DNA of 64,000 bases, taken from assembly GCA_036918135.1 (NCBI GenBank), contig JBALDB010000028.1:128001-192000 (forward strand). Reading direction: 5' to 3'. The notes beneath the pieces were generated by a model, which was given only the letters and a program-made list of their open reading frames with translations, had not been told where the DNA came from and did no database searches. Of the stretch, positions 1 through 9,206 are shown piece by piece (the first letter of the stretch is position 1; each line of letters starts with the position of its first letter). This DNA is from Nostoc sp. Its GTDB lineage: Bacteria; Cyanobacteriota; Cyanobacteriia; Cyanobacteriales; Nostocaceae. Made by a program: the position numbers and the translations under genes.

Positions 1-95
1 GTGAAAGTTGAGTTTGAGCGGATCGCACTTTTTACTTTTATAATTTTATGAGTTGAGGCGAACTTATAAATTGCTATCTCTTGCTGTGTTTTTTG

Positions 96-2300
96 CTATT
101 GTGAGGAGAGGCGATCGCGCAAATCTACTAAATTTTTACGACAAGTAAGAGTTTTGGGATGATTTGCGTCTAACCCTAGCTCAAAAATATCTAATGCTTG
201 GATGTAAAGGGGTTCGGCTTGGCTGTATCTGCCTTGGGAATCGTAGAGTAAAGCTAGGTTGTTGAGGCTAAGTCCGACATCTGGATGTGATTCTCCTAGT
301 AGTTGACGCCTGAGTGTCAAAGCTTGGATTAAAAGAGGTTCGGCTTGGCTGTATCTGTCTTGGGAATTGTAGAGTACCGCTAGGTTGTTGAGGCTTTGTG
401 CGACATCTGGATGTGATTCTCCCAGTAGTTGACGCCTGAGTGTCAAAGCTTGGATTAAAAGAGGTTCGGCTTGGCTGTATCTGCTTTGGGAGTAGTAGAG
501 TGCCGCTAGGTTGTTGAGGCTAAGTGCGACATCTGGATGTTCTTCTCCTAGCAGTTGATGCCTGAGTGCCAAAGCTTGGATGTAAAGGGGTTCGGCTTGG
601 CTGTATCTGCCTTGGGAATCGTAGAGTAAAGCTAGGTTGTTGAGGCTAAGTGCGACAGATGGATGTTCTTCGCCCAGCAGTTGACGATTGAGTGCCAAAG
701 CTTGGATATAAAGGGGTTCGGCTTGGCTGTATCTGCCTTGGGAGTTGTAGAGTAAAGCTAGGTTATTGAGGCTTTTTGCGACATCTGGATGTTCTTCTCC
801 TAGCAGTTGACGCCTGAGTGCCAAAGCTTGGATGTAAAGGGGTTCGGCTTCGCTATATCTGCCTTGGGAGTAGTAGAGTGCCGCTAGGTTGTTGAGGCTT
901 TGTGCGACATCTGGATGTTCTTCTCCTAGCAGTTGACGCCTGAGTGCCAAAGCTTGGATTAAAAGGGGTTCGGCTTGGCTGTATCTGCCTTGAGATTCGT
1001 AGAGTTGTGCTAGATTGTTGAGGCTTTGTGCGACATCTGGATGTTCTTCACCTAAGCGTTTTTTGATGATTTCTAAACACCGCTTAAACCAAGGTGCTGC
1101 TTTGTCATACAATCCCTGACCATAATAAAATCCAGCGTTGCCGACAAATACCCAAATTAAATCATTATCACTGACAAATTGAATCAGATGATTCGCTACT
1201 TCAGCTAAATGAGGTGTGGCAGGGGTGACATCGTTGATTTGCTCAAGTGTGGGTGACTCAGGAATATCTTTAGCAACTGCTATTATTACATTGCAAAAAC
1301 TTTGCTTTAATTCCTCTGCCTGTTCTAAACTTGTAAGCTGATATTGGAAAAACTCCCGTAACAGTGGATGTAGTTGGTAAACTCCCTCATCTTTGCGCTG
1401 GAGTAGATGCAAATTTAATAACTTATCATCCCGAATTTCCTCTAACTCTTCTTCATCTGAGTCTGGTAAACACTGTTCTACCAAATCCCAAGCTATAGGC
1501 GCGGGTGCAAATAAACTCAATAAACAGCCCAACTGCTTATCATCATCGTTTAATTCTTGCCAACTCAACTCAAAGGCTGCTAACACACCGCGTTGTGCTG
1601 TCATGTCGCCTTCTGCTTTAATAAGTGCGTGTTGTTCTAGTCGCTTTTTCTCCAACCGTCGCAACATTTCTGTTAAAGAAAGGTCTGGTTTCCGCTTGAG
1701 ATATCGCCCCACTAATTCCAAACCCAGAGGCAAATATCCCAACCACTCACACAACTGATTTGCAACAGCTAATTCTTGCTCAATTCGCTGTGGTGTTTCT
1801 TGAAAAAATGACTTTAATAACTCCAGCGCCGCTTCTGGTTGCAATACATCCAGAGATAATTGCTGAATAGATGCTCCCAAGTATTGGCGCGTGGTAATCA
1901 ACACTTTAAACCGGGAAGATGACGAGGGTAAATAAGGCTTAACCTGCTGATATTCCCCAACATCGTCTAACACTAGCAGCACATAGCCCTCACGCCAATG
2001 CCGCCAGCAGTATTGTACTTGTGTGAGGACATCTAAACCTTCTGGTGGGTTTAAATCAAGATGAGTTCTGACAAACTGCACAATTTGAATGCCCACATCA
2101 CCAGTCTTTGCCAGCAACCAGCAAATTCCACCTTTGTAAGTTTCGCGGTGATTCCTGGCATATTGTAGGGCAAGTTCTGTTTTACCAACTCCACCCATGC
2201 CAGCAACAGCAGCTATAACCACCTGTTCGTTTTCCTGCAAAAGCTGGTGGAGATTTTGCAATTCCACTTCACGTCCAACAAACTCCATCACCCCACTCAA
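96..2300 (-). CDS. NB-ARC (STAND) NTPase with seven near-identical 42-aa TPR repeats (NLR-like receptor); the frame stays open upstream to 2366
   Basis: FVGRE motif, Walker A GMGGVGKT, Walker B LLVLDDV, LITTR, GYLPLGL, then C-terminal EEHPDVAxSLNNLAxLYxSQGRY repeats; the PQNLP motif typical before NB-ARC lies upstream of the tracked TTG start. Confidence 0.92.
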   Translation of the reverse strand: MSGVMEFVGREVELQNLHQLLQENEQVVIAAVAGMGGVGKTELALQYARNHRETYKGGICWLLAKTGDVGIQIVQFVRTHLDLNPPEGLDVLTQVQYCWRHWREGYVLLVLDDVGEYQQVKPYLPSSSSRFKVLITTRQYLGASIQQLSLDVLQPEAALELLKSFFQETPQRIEQELAVANQLCEWLGYLPLGLELVGRYLKRKPDLSLTEMLRRLEKKRLEQHALIKAEGDMTAQRGVLAAFELSWQELNDDDKQLGCLLSLFAPAPIAWDLVEQCLPDSDEEELEEIRDDKLLNLHLLQRKDEGVYQLHPLLREFFQYQLTSLEQAEELKQSFCNVIIAVAKDIPESPTLEQINDVTPATPHLAEVANHLIQFVSDNDLIWVFVGNAGFYYGQGLYDKAAPWFKRCLEIIKKRLGEEHPDVAQSLNNLAQLYESQGRYSQAEPLLIQALALRRQLLGEEHPDVAQSLNNLAALYYSQGRYSEAEPLYIQALALRRQLLGEEHPDVAKSLNNLALLYNSQGRYSQAEPLYIQALALNRQLLGEEHPSVALSLNNLALLYDSQGRYSQAEPLYIQALALRHQLLGEEHPDVALSLNNLAALYYSQSRYSQAEPLLIQALTLRRQLLGESHPDVAQSLNNLAVLYNSQDRYSQAEPLLIQALTLRRQLLGESHPDVGLSLNNLALLYDSQGRYSQAEPLYIQALDIFELGLDANHPKTLTCRKNLVDLRDRLSSQ
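170..1050 (-). repeat. Seven tandem 126-nt TPR-coding repeats
   Basis: Near-identical 126-nt units (e.g. ggttcggcttggctgtatctg, gttgttgaggct, gcgacatctggatg recurring every 126 nt). Confidence 0.95.
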
Positions 2301-2366
2301 GGGTAAATTTTGTGGTATTTCGGTAGTGAGATTTGACTTTACCTGTTCTCCTCCAGGCGAATGCAG

Positions 2367-2801
2367 TCAGAAAATATTAGTACCAGTGAAAGTATTTCCT
2401 TGAAAGACGTTTTTAATAGAGTCAGCTAACTTTGTAGAATTAATGATGGTTGCTGGTTGTGAGTTGAGGTCATTTGCTAAAGCTTGGACTTTTGACGCTA
2501 CTTGAGGATCGGCGTTTGCTGCTGCTTCCACGTCCCGCACTGATTGAGCAATTTCGGTATCTGCGTCTGCTGCGGCTTTCAACTCTAGTACTGCTTTGCC
2601 ATAATCTAACGGCTGCTGTGTATTTTCTGGTGTCGCCTCTGCTAACAAGGGCAATTTATTTTTATTACGTAGCTGTGCAATTAATTTACCGCTTGCTTCT
2701 AACCCTGCTTCCCCAAGCTTTTCGCCAGTTTTTTCTAAAGCTTTAGTTAAAACTATAGTAGCGATCGCAGTTGCAACAGCCGTTAGTGTCACAGGTTCCA
2801 T
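2367..2801 (-). CDS. Small helical protein, Bell/HeLo-like effector candidate with a C-terminal N/G/T/Q-rich motif
   Basis: Hydrophobic N-terminal helix MEPVTLTAVATAIATIVLTKA; C-terminus IKNVFQGNTFTGTNIF; directly upstream of and in frame with the NB-ARC gene. Confidence 0.6.
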   Translation of the reverse strand: MEPVTLTAVATAIATIVLTKALEKTGEKLGEAGLEASGKLIAQLRNKNKLPLLAEATPENTQQPLDYGKAVLELKAAADADTEIAQSVRDVEAAANADPQVASKVQALANDLNSQPATIINSTKLADSIKNVFQGNTFTGTNIF

Positions 2802-2924
2802 AATTTTATAAATAACAACCGAAATTCCACTGAAAGCTATTTTAGACTAGTCCTATCGTCATATTTCTTGATTTTGTTAATGTAGACACGATTTTTAACG
2901 TTAAGTTTATTTTCAAAAAAACTG

Positions 2925-3620
2925 ATGCAATTTAATACTCAACTGCTACCTCGAATTAATAGTAAATCCCTGAGAGAAAATGGTAAACAATATTATGTAG
3001 ATGCCAAGGGAAACCGTCTCCCTAGCGTCACCACAATACTTAATGTCACCAAACCCCAAGAAGATAGAGACAGATTATTAAATTGGAAAGCGCGCGTAGG
3101 TACAGAAGAAGCCACCCGCATATCTACAAACGCCAGTCGTCGGGGAACCCAAACACACAAACAAATTGAGCGCTATCTCCTGGGGCAAAATCCTGTTTGT
3201 CCAGAAGCTAGTCGCCCTTATTGGGAAAGTATCAAGCCAGTTTTAGAAGAAATCGACACAGTGAGACTCGTAGAAGGCTCTGTTTTTCATTATGATTTGA
3301 GCTATTCTGGCAAAGTGGATTGTATTGCCAGTTATCAAGGCATCCCTTGTATCTGTGAGTGGAAAACAGCAGACAAACCTAAAGGCTCAATTGAGCATTT
3401 ATACGAACATCCATTGCAACTTACAGCATATATTGGAGCAATTAACAACTATTATCGAGATTATGGCATTCAGCTAAATCATGCTTTGTTAGTAGTAGCA
3501 ATTCCAGAAATGCCAGCCGAGGTATTTTGGTTTGAATCAGCGATGATAAAAGATTATTGGGAGCAGTGGGAAAAAAGAGTTGCTGAGTATTGGGAACGTA
3601 AAAATGTTTGGAGTCGATGA
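2925..3620 (+). CDS. PD-(D/E)XK family exonuclease (MGME1/lambda-exonuclease-like)
   Basis: PSVTTIL, RGTxxH, YSGKVD, CEWKT and LQLTAY motifs. Confidence 0.8.
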   Translation: MQFNTQLLPRINSKSLRENGKQYYVDAKGNRLPSVTTILNVTKPQEDRDRLLNWKARVGTEEATRISTNASRRGTQTHKQIERYLLGQNPVCPEASRPYWESIKPVLEEIDTVRLVEGSVFHYDLSYSGKVDCIASYQGIPCICEWKTADKPKGSIEHLYEHPLQLTAYIGAINNYYRDYGIQLNHALLVVAIPEMPAEVFWFESAMIKDYWEQWEKRVAEYWERKNVWSR

Positions 3621-3691
3621 GTAAGATTGCAGAGAATTTTTTAGCAGAGATAGAAGTTTTACGATTTAGAAGTAGAGGCAATTATTAGTGA

Positions 3692-5134
3692 TTAAAGTAA
3701 AGGAGTTAGCAATCGAGAAACTCTCACAGCTAACTTGAACCAAAAAGGTTTTTTATCGTACTCATTAAGATCCACAGCAACACAGACAGCTAAATCATCC
3801 TCTAACATTTTTTTCACACTTTGGACAAACTGAGGCTCGGTAATAAACCCCATAACTTCAAAGTTGAGAGAAAAAGAGCGACTATCTAAGTTAACAGTTC
3901 CTACCCCTGCTAAATTTTGATCAACAACTATAATTTTTTGGTGCATAAACCCATTTTTATAACGATACAGCTTGATACCGATTTTTTCCATTTCGGTGTA
4001 GTAAGAGAAGGAACATAAATAAACAAATAAATGATCGGGTCGATTTGGTAAGAGAATTCGCACATCTACACCTCGCATTGCTGCTAGTTTTAAGGCTGAC
4101 AATGTTGCCTCGTCCGGCACAAAGTATGGACTAGCAATCCAGAGGTGAGTTTGAGCTTGATTAATTAATTCCACGAAAAAAAGCTTACAAGCTGGTAGCG
4201 AATCTGCCGGCCCTGTAGGAAGAATGAATGCAGTTTGATTAGTTTCTTGATTAATTTTTACGTCCCAGTTAACTTCGAGAAGTTTTCGAGTTGCCCAGTA
4301 CCAATCTCGCACAAAAGAGTTTTGTAGGCTTTGCACAGTTGGGCCTTCGAGTATCATGTGGGTGTCGCGCCAGGGACTCAAGTGAGGATTTTTTCCTAAA
4401 TATTCGTCACCAATATTCAGTCCCCCGATAAATGCTATTTCTCCATCCACCACCAGAATTTTCCGATGATTACGAAAATTATATTGGAGCCGATTACCCT
4501 GACCTTGGGTGGTGTTAAATGCACTTACTGCAATTCCATGCTGTTCTAGAGACTCGATATAAGGGCGAGATAGTTTCTTGGAACCAATTTCATCGTAGAG
4601 AAAATAGATATTTATTCCTTGCTTGGCTTTAGCAATTAATGCTTCTTTAAACTCATTACCAGCTTGGTCATCGTTAACAGTATAGAATTGGAACAAAATA
4701 TAATTTCTTGCCAACGCAATCTTTTTCAGCATTGCTTCATAGGTTTGCTGACCATCAATCAGTAATTCAGCAGCATTCCCTGATGTAAAAGAAATTTCTG
4801 TAAAAGTCTCCGCTAATGGTTGCAACTCGGCTAGATTATCTGGTGGTGCAACCTGAAATTTAATCAGTTCACTATAAATCGGCTGAATAAGCTTGTAGTG
4901 TTCTGCATAGACTGAACGCAGTGTTTCAGCATATCCATGAAATTTAGTTCTTCCTAAAATCCAATACAACGGAATAGCTAGCCAGGGAAAGGTAATTAGA
5001 GAAATGCTCCAGGCAATTGCACCTTGGGAAGAACGCACATTCATCACTGCATGGGCTGCATGTGCAACTCCTACAACATGAACAAAAACTGTAGCTGTGC
5101 TAAAAATAGCTACAACACCACCATCTACAAGCAT
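3692..5134 (-). CDS. cls: Cardiolipin synthase (PLD family)
   Basis: N-terminal TM helices; two HKD motifs (NHRKILVVD, MHQKIIVVD); WRDTH, SPYFVPD. Confidence 0.92.
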   Translation of the reverse strand: MLVDGGVVAIFSTATVFVHVVGVAHAAHAVMNVRSSQGAIAWSISLITFPWLAIPLYWILGRTKFHGYAETLRSVYAEHYKLIQPIYSELIKFQVAPPDNLAELQPLAETFTEISFTSGNAAELLIDGQQTYEAMLKKIALARNYILFQFYTVNDDQAGNEFKEALIAKAKQGINIYFLYDEIGSKKLSRPYIESLEQHGIAVSAFNTTQGQGNRLQYNFRNHRKILVVDGEIAFIGGLNIGDEYLGKNPHLSPWRDTHMILEGPTVQSLQNSFVRDWYWATRKLLEVNWDVKINQETNQTAFILPTGPADSLPACKLFFVELINQAQTHLWIASPYFVPDEATLSALKLAAMRGVDVRILLPNRPDHLFVYLCSFSYYTEMEKIGIKLYRYKNGFMHQKIIVVDQNLAGVGTVNLDSRSFSLNFEVMGFITEPQFVQSVKKMLEDDLAVCVAVDLNEYDKKPFWFKLAVRVSRLLTPLL

Positions 5135-5135
5135 C

Positions 5136-5987
5136 TTAATTTTTTTGAGTATTGATATAAGTAAATTCTGCCATTAATGGTTTGTGATCGGATGAACAAA
5201 TTTTGTCTAGTACTTTAGCACTGGTTTTCTTGAGAGTAAGATTTCGATAAAAGATATGGTCTAAAGGAGGTGAGAATAGGAAGCGTTTAATTTTCTGCTT
5301 CTCATCAGGTGCAAAAATTACTGGCGTTAATCCCAATTGAGTTGTTACTTGATTGAGAATAACTGCTCTTTTTTGACTCCAAGTATTGAAATCTCCTGAA
5401 AATATAAGTGGGCCGCGATGCGTAGATAATGCTAGCTTTAATTCATTTAGTTGGATTTGAAATTTATTTAAATCAACAAAATTTATTAAATGACTATTTA
5501 TTGTTAGGAGAGTTGTATGTTTATCAGATAGTAGATACTCAGTAACTAAAGAAATTTTGGGAGTTCTCACAATCGGTTCGTGATGTGTAGTAGTTAAAAC
5601 TTTTTTTGCAAGGGGGCTGATTGTAGCTGCTGTAAAAATTCCGGAATAGCTTTGATGATGAATATCGACAAAGTTAGGAGCAAAATTCCAATTCATTTTC
5701 AGAGTATCTAATTGGTCTGCTTCTAATTTCAGAGAAAACTCTTGTAAAAATATCAGGTTTGGTTGGTAATACTCAATTATATTTAAAAAATCTTTTATCC
5801 AATTTTTATTATAGTTTTGTTTGGCAATATTCCAATTGAGAACCTTAATCGAACTACTATTAATTTCTGTTTGGAGAGAATGATTTTTATCAATTGTAAG
5901 TTCTTGTAAACGAAGAAATCTATAAGATGGAACAAATTTTGTCAAAAGAGTGTTTACGTGTTCTTGAATATTAGGCATCACTATCAA
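5136..5987 (-). CDS. Endonuclease/exonuclease/phosphatase (EEP) family protein
   Basis: LNWNI, FLQE, NSHL, GDFN, LDHIF, SDHKP motifs. Confidence 0.88.
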   Translation of the reverse strand: MIVMPNIQEHVNTLLTKFVPSYRFLRLQELTIDKNHSLQTEINSSSIKVLNWNIAKQNYNKNWIKDFLNIIEYYQPNLIFLQEFSLKLEADQLDTLKMNWNFAPNFVDIHHQSYSGIFTAATISPLAKKVLTTTHHEPIVRTPKISLVTEYLLSDKHTTLLTINSHLINFVDLNKFQIQLNELKLALSTHRGPLIFSGDFNTWSQKRAVILNQVTTQLGLTPVIFAPDEKQKIKRFLFSPPLDHIFYRNLTLKKTSAKVLDKICSSDHKPLMAEFTYINTQKN

Positions 5988-7198
5988 TCCATCACAGCTA
6001 ACACAGCTTTTGGCAATAACTTATCTTTAAACCAAACAATTCTCGCGGGGACATCATTTAATTTTACTCCCGCCTTTTCTAAATTAAGTCGCTCGGAAAT
6101 TGCCAAAATCAAATCATCACGTCCCGCACGCCGCACCTGAGAAAACTTCTTTTGTAAATATTCTGGACGCCAATAACCAACAATTTCTAATAAAAAGGTA
6201 CGTCCATCAGGATGGACTAAGCGAAAATCGGGAATCATCACGCTACCAGGAATTGGTATCAAATCAACTTCTCTCTCTAATGCCCAGCCACTTTTCAAAG
6301 CATCCCATTTATCAGCGAAGGATGCTTCTAGCATACTATCGTAGGGCTTTCCTGGTGGATAATGAGATACCAAACCACATTCGGAATTGAGAGTAAAACG
6401 TCCAGTTTTCCAAGTATCTGTATATGCGTCACGAGTTTGGAGAATCGAAGAAAGACTCCATTTTGTAACGTGAAGTAAAGCGGGGATGAGTTTAGCGATC
6501 GCCAACCCATATCGCGTACTAGAATTAAACAAGCTCGTCGGGCCGTCTATGGTAATTGTAAACCCGTGGTCAGCATCACCTTCAATATAAGCCATCAATT
6601 GAAACAACTTCAGATAGCGAAATAACAGCTTATATTCTCCCGGAACATTCCGATGAGCATTTAACACCAACTGACTGGCTTTATAAAAAACACCCTGCAC
6701 CTGAGATAAGTTATAGCGATTTAACAAATCTGGCGCTGTTGGTGCATCAAAAACTGTCAAAATTTTATTCTCAGATAAATCAGCATATAATCCAGTCCGA
6801 ACCTGTTCTGGTAAAACTTCCCGTTCGAGTTCTTGAGTTAATTCATCAGCAACTTTCCCCAAAGTAACTTGTGTAGATTCCCGACTAGAAACAGATTTTG
6901 CAGACAAGGAAAATACCCGTTCTCTTAACATTTGTGGTTCTAAAGGACTAACCACCTCAAAAGTACAAAAACTACTTTTGAGAATATAAGCTAATCCCCG
7001 CTTCAGTCGATAATCTGTCGAATCTCCTTCAAAATCAGTCAGTTGTCGCTCAAGCACACCTTGAGTTTTTCCCACGGCTGATTGAAAATAATTAATTAAC
7101 TCCATCGCCAACTCCGAAGTTTGATTGTCAATCTTCAGTCTCTTCGGAATAATCTCCTCTCCGTTTTGGCGATGCATCAATAACTCTGTCGGTAACAT
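5984..7198 (-). CDS. DUF790 family protein (Bax1-like endonuclease)
   Basis: RYNLSQVQG, IDGPTSLF..TRYG, YDSMLE..FA, IPDF..LLEIVGYW motifs; adjacent to an XPB-like helicase. Confidence 0.85.
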   Translation of the reverse strand: MLPTELLMHRQNGEEIIPKRLKIDNQTSELAMELINYFQSAVGKTQGVLERQLTDFEGDSTDYRLKRGLAYILKSSFCTFEVVSPLEPQMLRERVFSLSAKSVSSRESTQVTLGKVADELTQELEREVLPEQVRTGLYADLSENKILTVFDAPTAPDLLNRYNLSQVQGVFYKASQLVLNAHRNVPGEYKLLFRYLKLFQLMAYIEGDADHGFTITIDGPTSLFNSSTRYGLAIAKLIPALLHVTKWSLSSILQTRDAYTDTWKTGRFTLNSECGLVSHYPPGKPYDSMLEASFADKWDALKSGWALEREVDLIPIPGSVMIPDFRLVHPDGRTFLLEIVGYWRPEYLQKKFSQVRRAGRDDLILAISERLNLEKAGVKLNDVPARIVWFKDKLLPKAVLAVMD

Positions 7199-8747
7199 CT
7201 GCTGAATTTTGGGTTTTAGATTTTGGGCTTCGACTTCTCTGCGAGGCGCTACGCGTAGCTTGCTTCCCCGCAGGGGTATCAGTCGAACGATTTTGAATTG
7301 AATAATTAATTTCTAACTGTTCCGCCGCCTTCAAACTTTTTCCTTTCCCACTTCCATACACAACTTGTAAATTCCCTTTGTTCTCCCCGCGTCGCCTCGC
7401 CGAAGTCCCCTCTTCACTTGTATCCTCAGCCACCACCTCATATAAAATCGCCTGCTTATTCTCAATATTTCCCTTCCTTAAAACTCTCCCCAAACGCTGA
7501 GTATACTCCCTAGCCGAACCCGTTCCCGATAAAATAATTGCCACAGAAGCCGCAGGTACATCAACTCCTTCATTTAACACATGAGAAGCCACCAAAGTGT
7601 TATATGTACCTTCACGAAATTTTGTTAATATTTCATGGCGTTCTTTCACCGGAGTTTGATGAGTAATTGCCGGAATTAATAACTCTTGAGAAATGCGATA
7701 AACCGTAGTATTATCAGCAGTAAAAATCAAAATTCGTGCTGGATAATGTTCTGCCAATAAATTAGCTAAAATTCGCAACTTGCCGTCAGTACCCAAAGCA
7801 ATATCTTTCGCTTCGCGGTGCGCTAACATCGCCCTACGTCCAGCTTGGGATCTAGCACTCATTTGCACGAACATTTGCCAACCTTGTAGACTACCTAAAG
7901 AAATGCGAGATTGCTTCAAAAAGTCGTTGCGAGTTTGAATTAATTGGTTGTATCTTTCTCGTTCTTGTTGCGATAACTTGACCTTAATTTGGACAATTTC
8001 GTGTTCTGCTAACGCCTTTCCCGCCAAATCTTCAGCGCGTTTGCGATATACTTCTTGACCAATGAGAATATTTAAGTCAGCATGTTTGCCATCAGTGCGT
8101 TCTGGTGTTGCAGACAGTCCTAAGCGATAGGGTGCGATCGCATATTCAGCAATTACCCGGTTAAAATCTGTTGGTAAGTGATGACACTCATCAAAAACAA
8201 TCAAACCATATTGATTTCCTATAGCTTCCGCGTGAATTGCCGCACTATCATAAGTCGCCACGAGAATAGCTGTTTTATCCCGCGAACCACCCCCTAACAA
8301 TCCCACCTCAGCATCCGGGAAAGCCGCCTCCAAATGTGCATACCACTGATGCATTAAATCCAATGTTGGCACTACAATCAGCGTCGTGCGGGGGGTTGAC
8401 TGCATCGCCATTTGTGCCAAATAAGTCTTTCCTGCCGCCGTGGGAAGCACAACCACCCCCTGCCTACCCGCTAGTTTCCAAGCCGCTAGAGCTTCACTCT
8501 GGTGAGGATATGGTTCCATTTCCAAACTAGAAACTAAATCTAGAGGATAAAATTCCTTTGCTTCATCGAGAAAGTTGACATCTTCCGCTTGTAGTGCTTC
8601 CACGAGCGGTCGGTATCTAATCGCCGGAATGCGGAATTTTTCAACTCTATCATCCCATGTAGCATAGTCCATCCAAGCTTTGCCGCGTGGTGGTGGATGC
8701 AAAATTAGCGTGCCGCGATCGAAAGTTAATGTTGGGGTACGAGCCAT
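7128..8747 (-). CDS. XPB/Rad25-like superfamily 2 helicase
   Basis: PTAAGKT, DECHH, LGLSATPER, LNEGVDVP, QRLGRVLR motifs. Confidence 0.9.
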   Translation of the reverse strand: MARTPTLTFDRGTLILHPPPRGKAWMDYATWDDRVEKFRIPAIRYRPLVEALQAEDVNFLDEAKEFYPLDLVSSLEMEPYPHQSEALAAWKLAGRQGVVVLPTAAGKTYLAQMAMQSTPRTTLIVVPTLDLMHQWYAHLEAAFPDAEVGLLGGGSRDKTAILVATYDSAAIHAEAIGNQYGLIVFDECHHLPTDFNRVIAEYAIAPYRLGLSATPERTDGKHADLNILIGQEVYRKRAEDLAGKALAEHEIVQIKVKLSQQERERYNQLIQTRNDFLKQSRISLGSLQGWQMFVQMSARSQAGRRAMLAHREAKDIALGTDGKLRILANLLAEHYPARILIFTADNTTVYRISQELLIPAITHQTPVKERHEILTKFREGTYNTLVASHVLNEGVDVPAASVAIILSGTGSAREYTQRLGRVLRKGNIENKQAILYEVVAEDTSEEGTSARRRGENKGNLQVVYGSGKGKSLKAAEQLEINYSIQNRSTDTPAGKQATRSASQRSRSPKSKTQNSADVTDRVIDASPKRRGDYSEETED

Positions 8748-9206
8748 GATTATTGGGATTTGGCAGGGGGCAGAGGAGGCAGAGGGGCAAGGTGAGAATA
8801 ATTCTTAACTCTTGTCGTCGCGATTAATCGCGTCTCTACTCCTAACTCATCAGTCAACAGGAGCCAGTGGTTTGGATGGGTTGCCAAGGAAGGAAGTCCG
8901 CACAAAAGTGGTTTCCCCAAAGAAGAACTGCCGTCGGCTTGTACCACTAACGCAAAACCCACAGAGTAGTAACTGTGGCGTTCAACACTCCCTTGATTAC
9001 TAATAACGTAAAAAGTGCATAATTCAGCTAAATAACTTTGACAAAACTCAACTAGATGCGCTCATTAGGGAACTCCAAAAAATAAATTATTCCAATTTTT
9101 GGACTCAACAGGAGTGTTTCTCCCCCCTGCTCCCTGCCCCCTGCCCTCCGCACTCCCTACTGGCAGACTAAAATTAGAATTGACGTGACGTTTTCGAGTA
9201 GCTAAA

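Noticed and set aside
170..1050. Regular DNA repeats resembling a CRISPR array
   Set aside because: Contiguous 126-nt coding TPR units with no unique spacers and no cas genes.
8750..9003. Short ORFs on both strands upstream of the helicase
   Set aside because: Made of palindromic and STRR repeats (cgcgattaatcgcg, gggcagag) and not protein-like.
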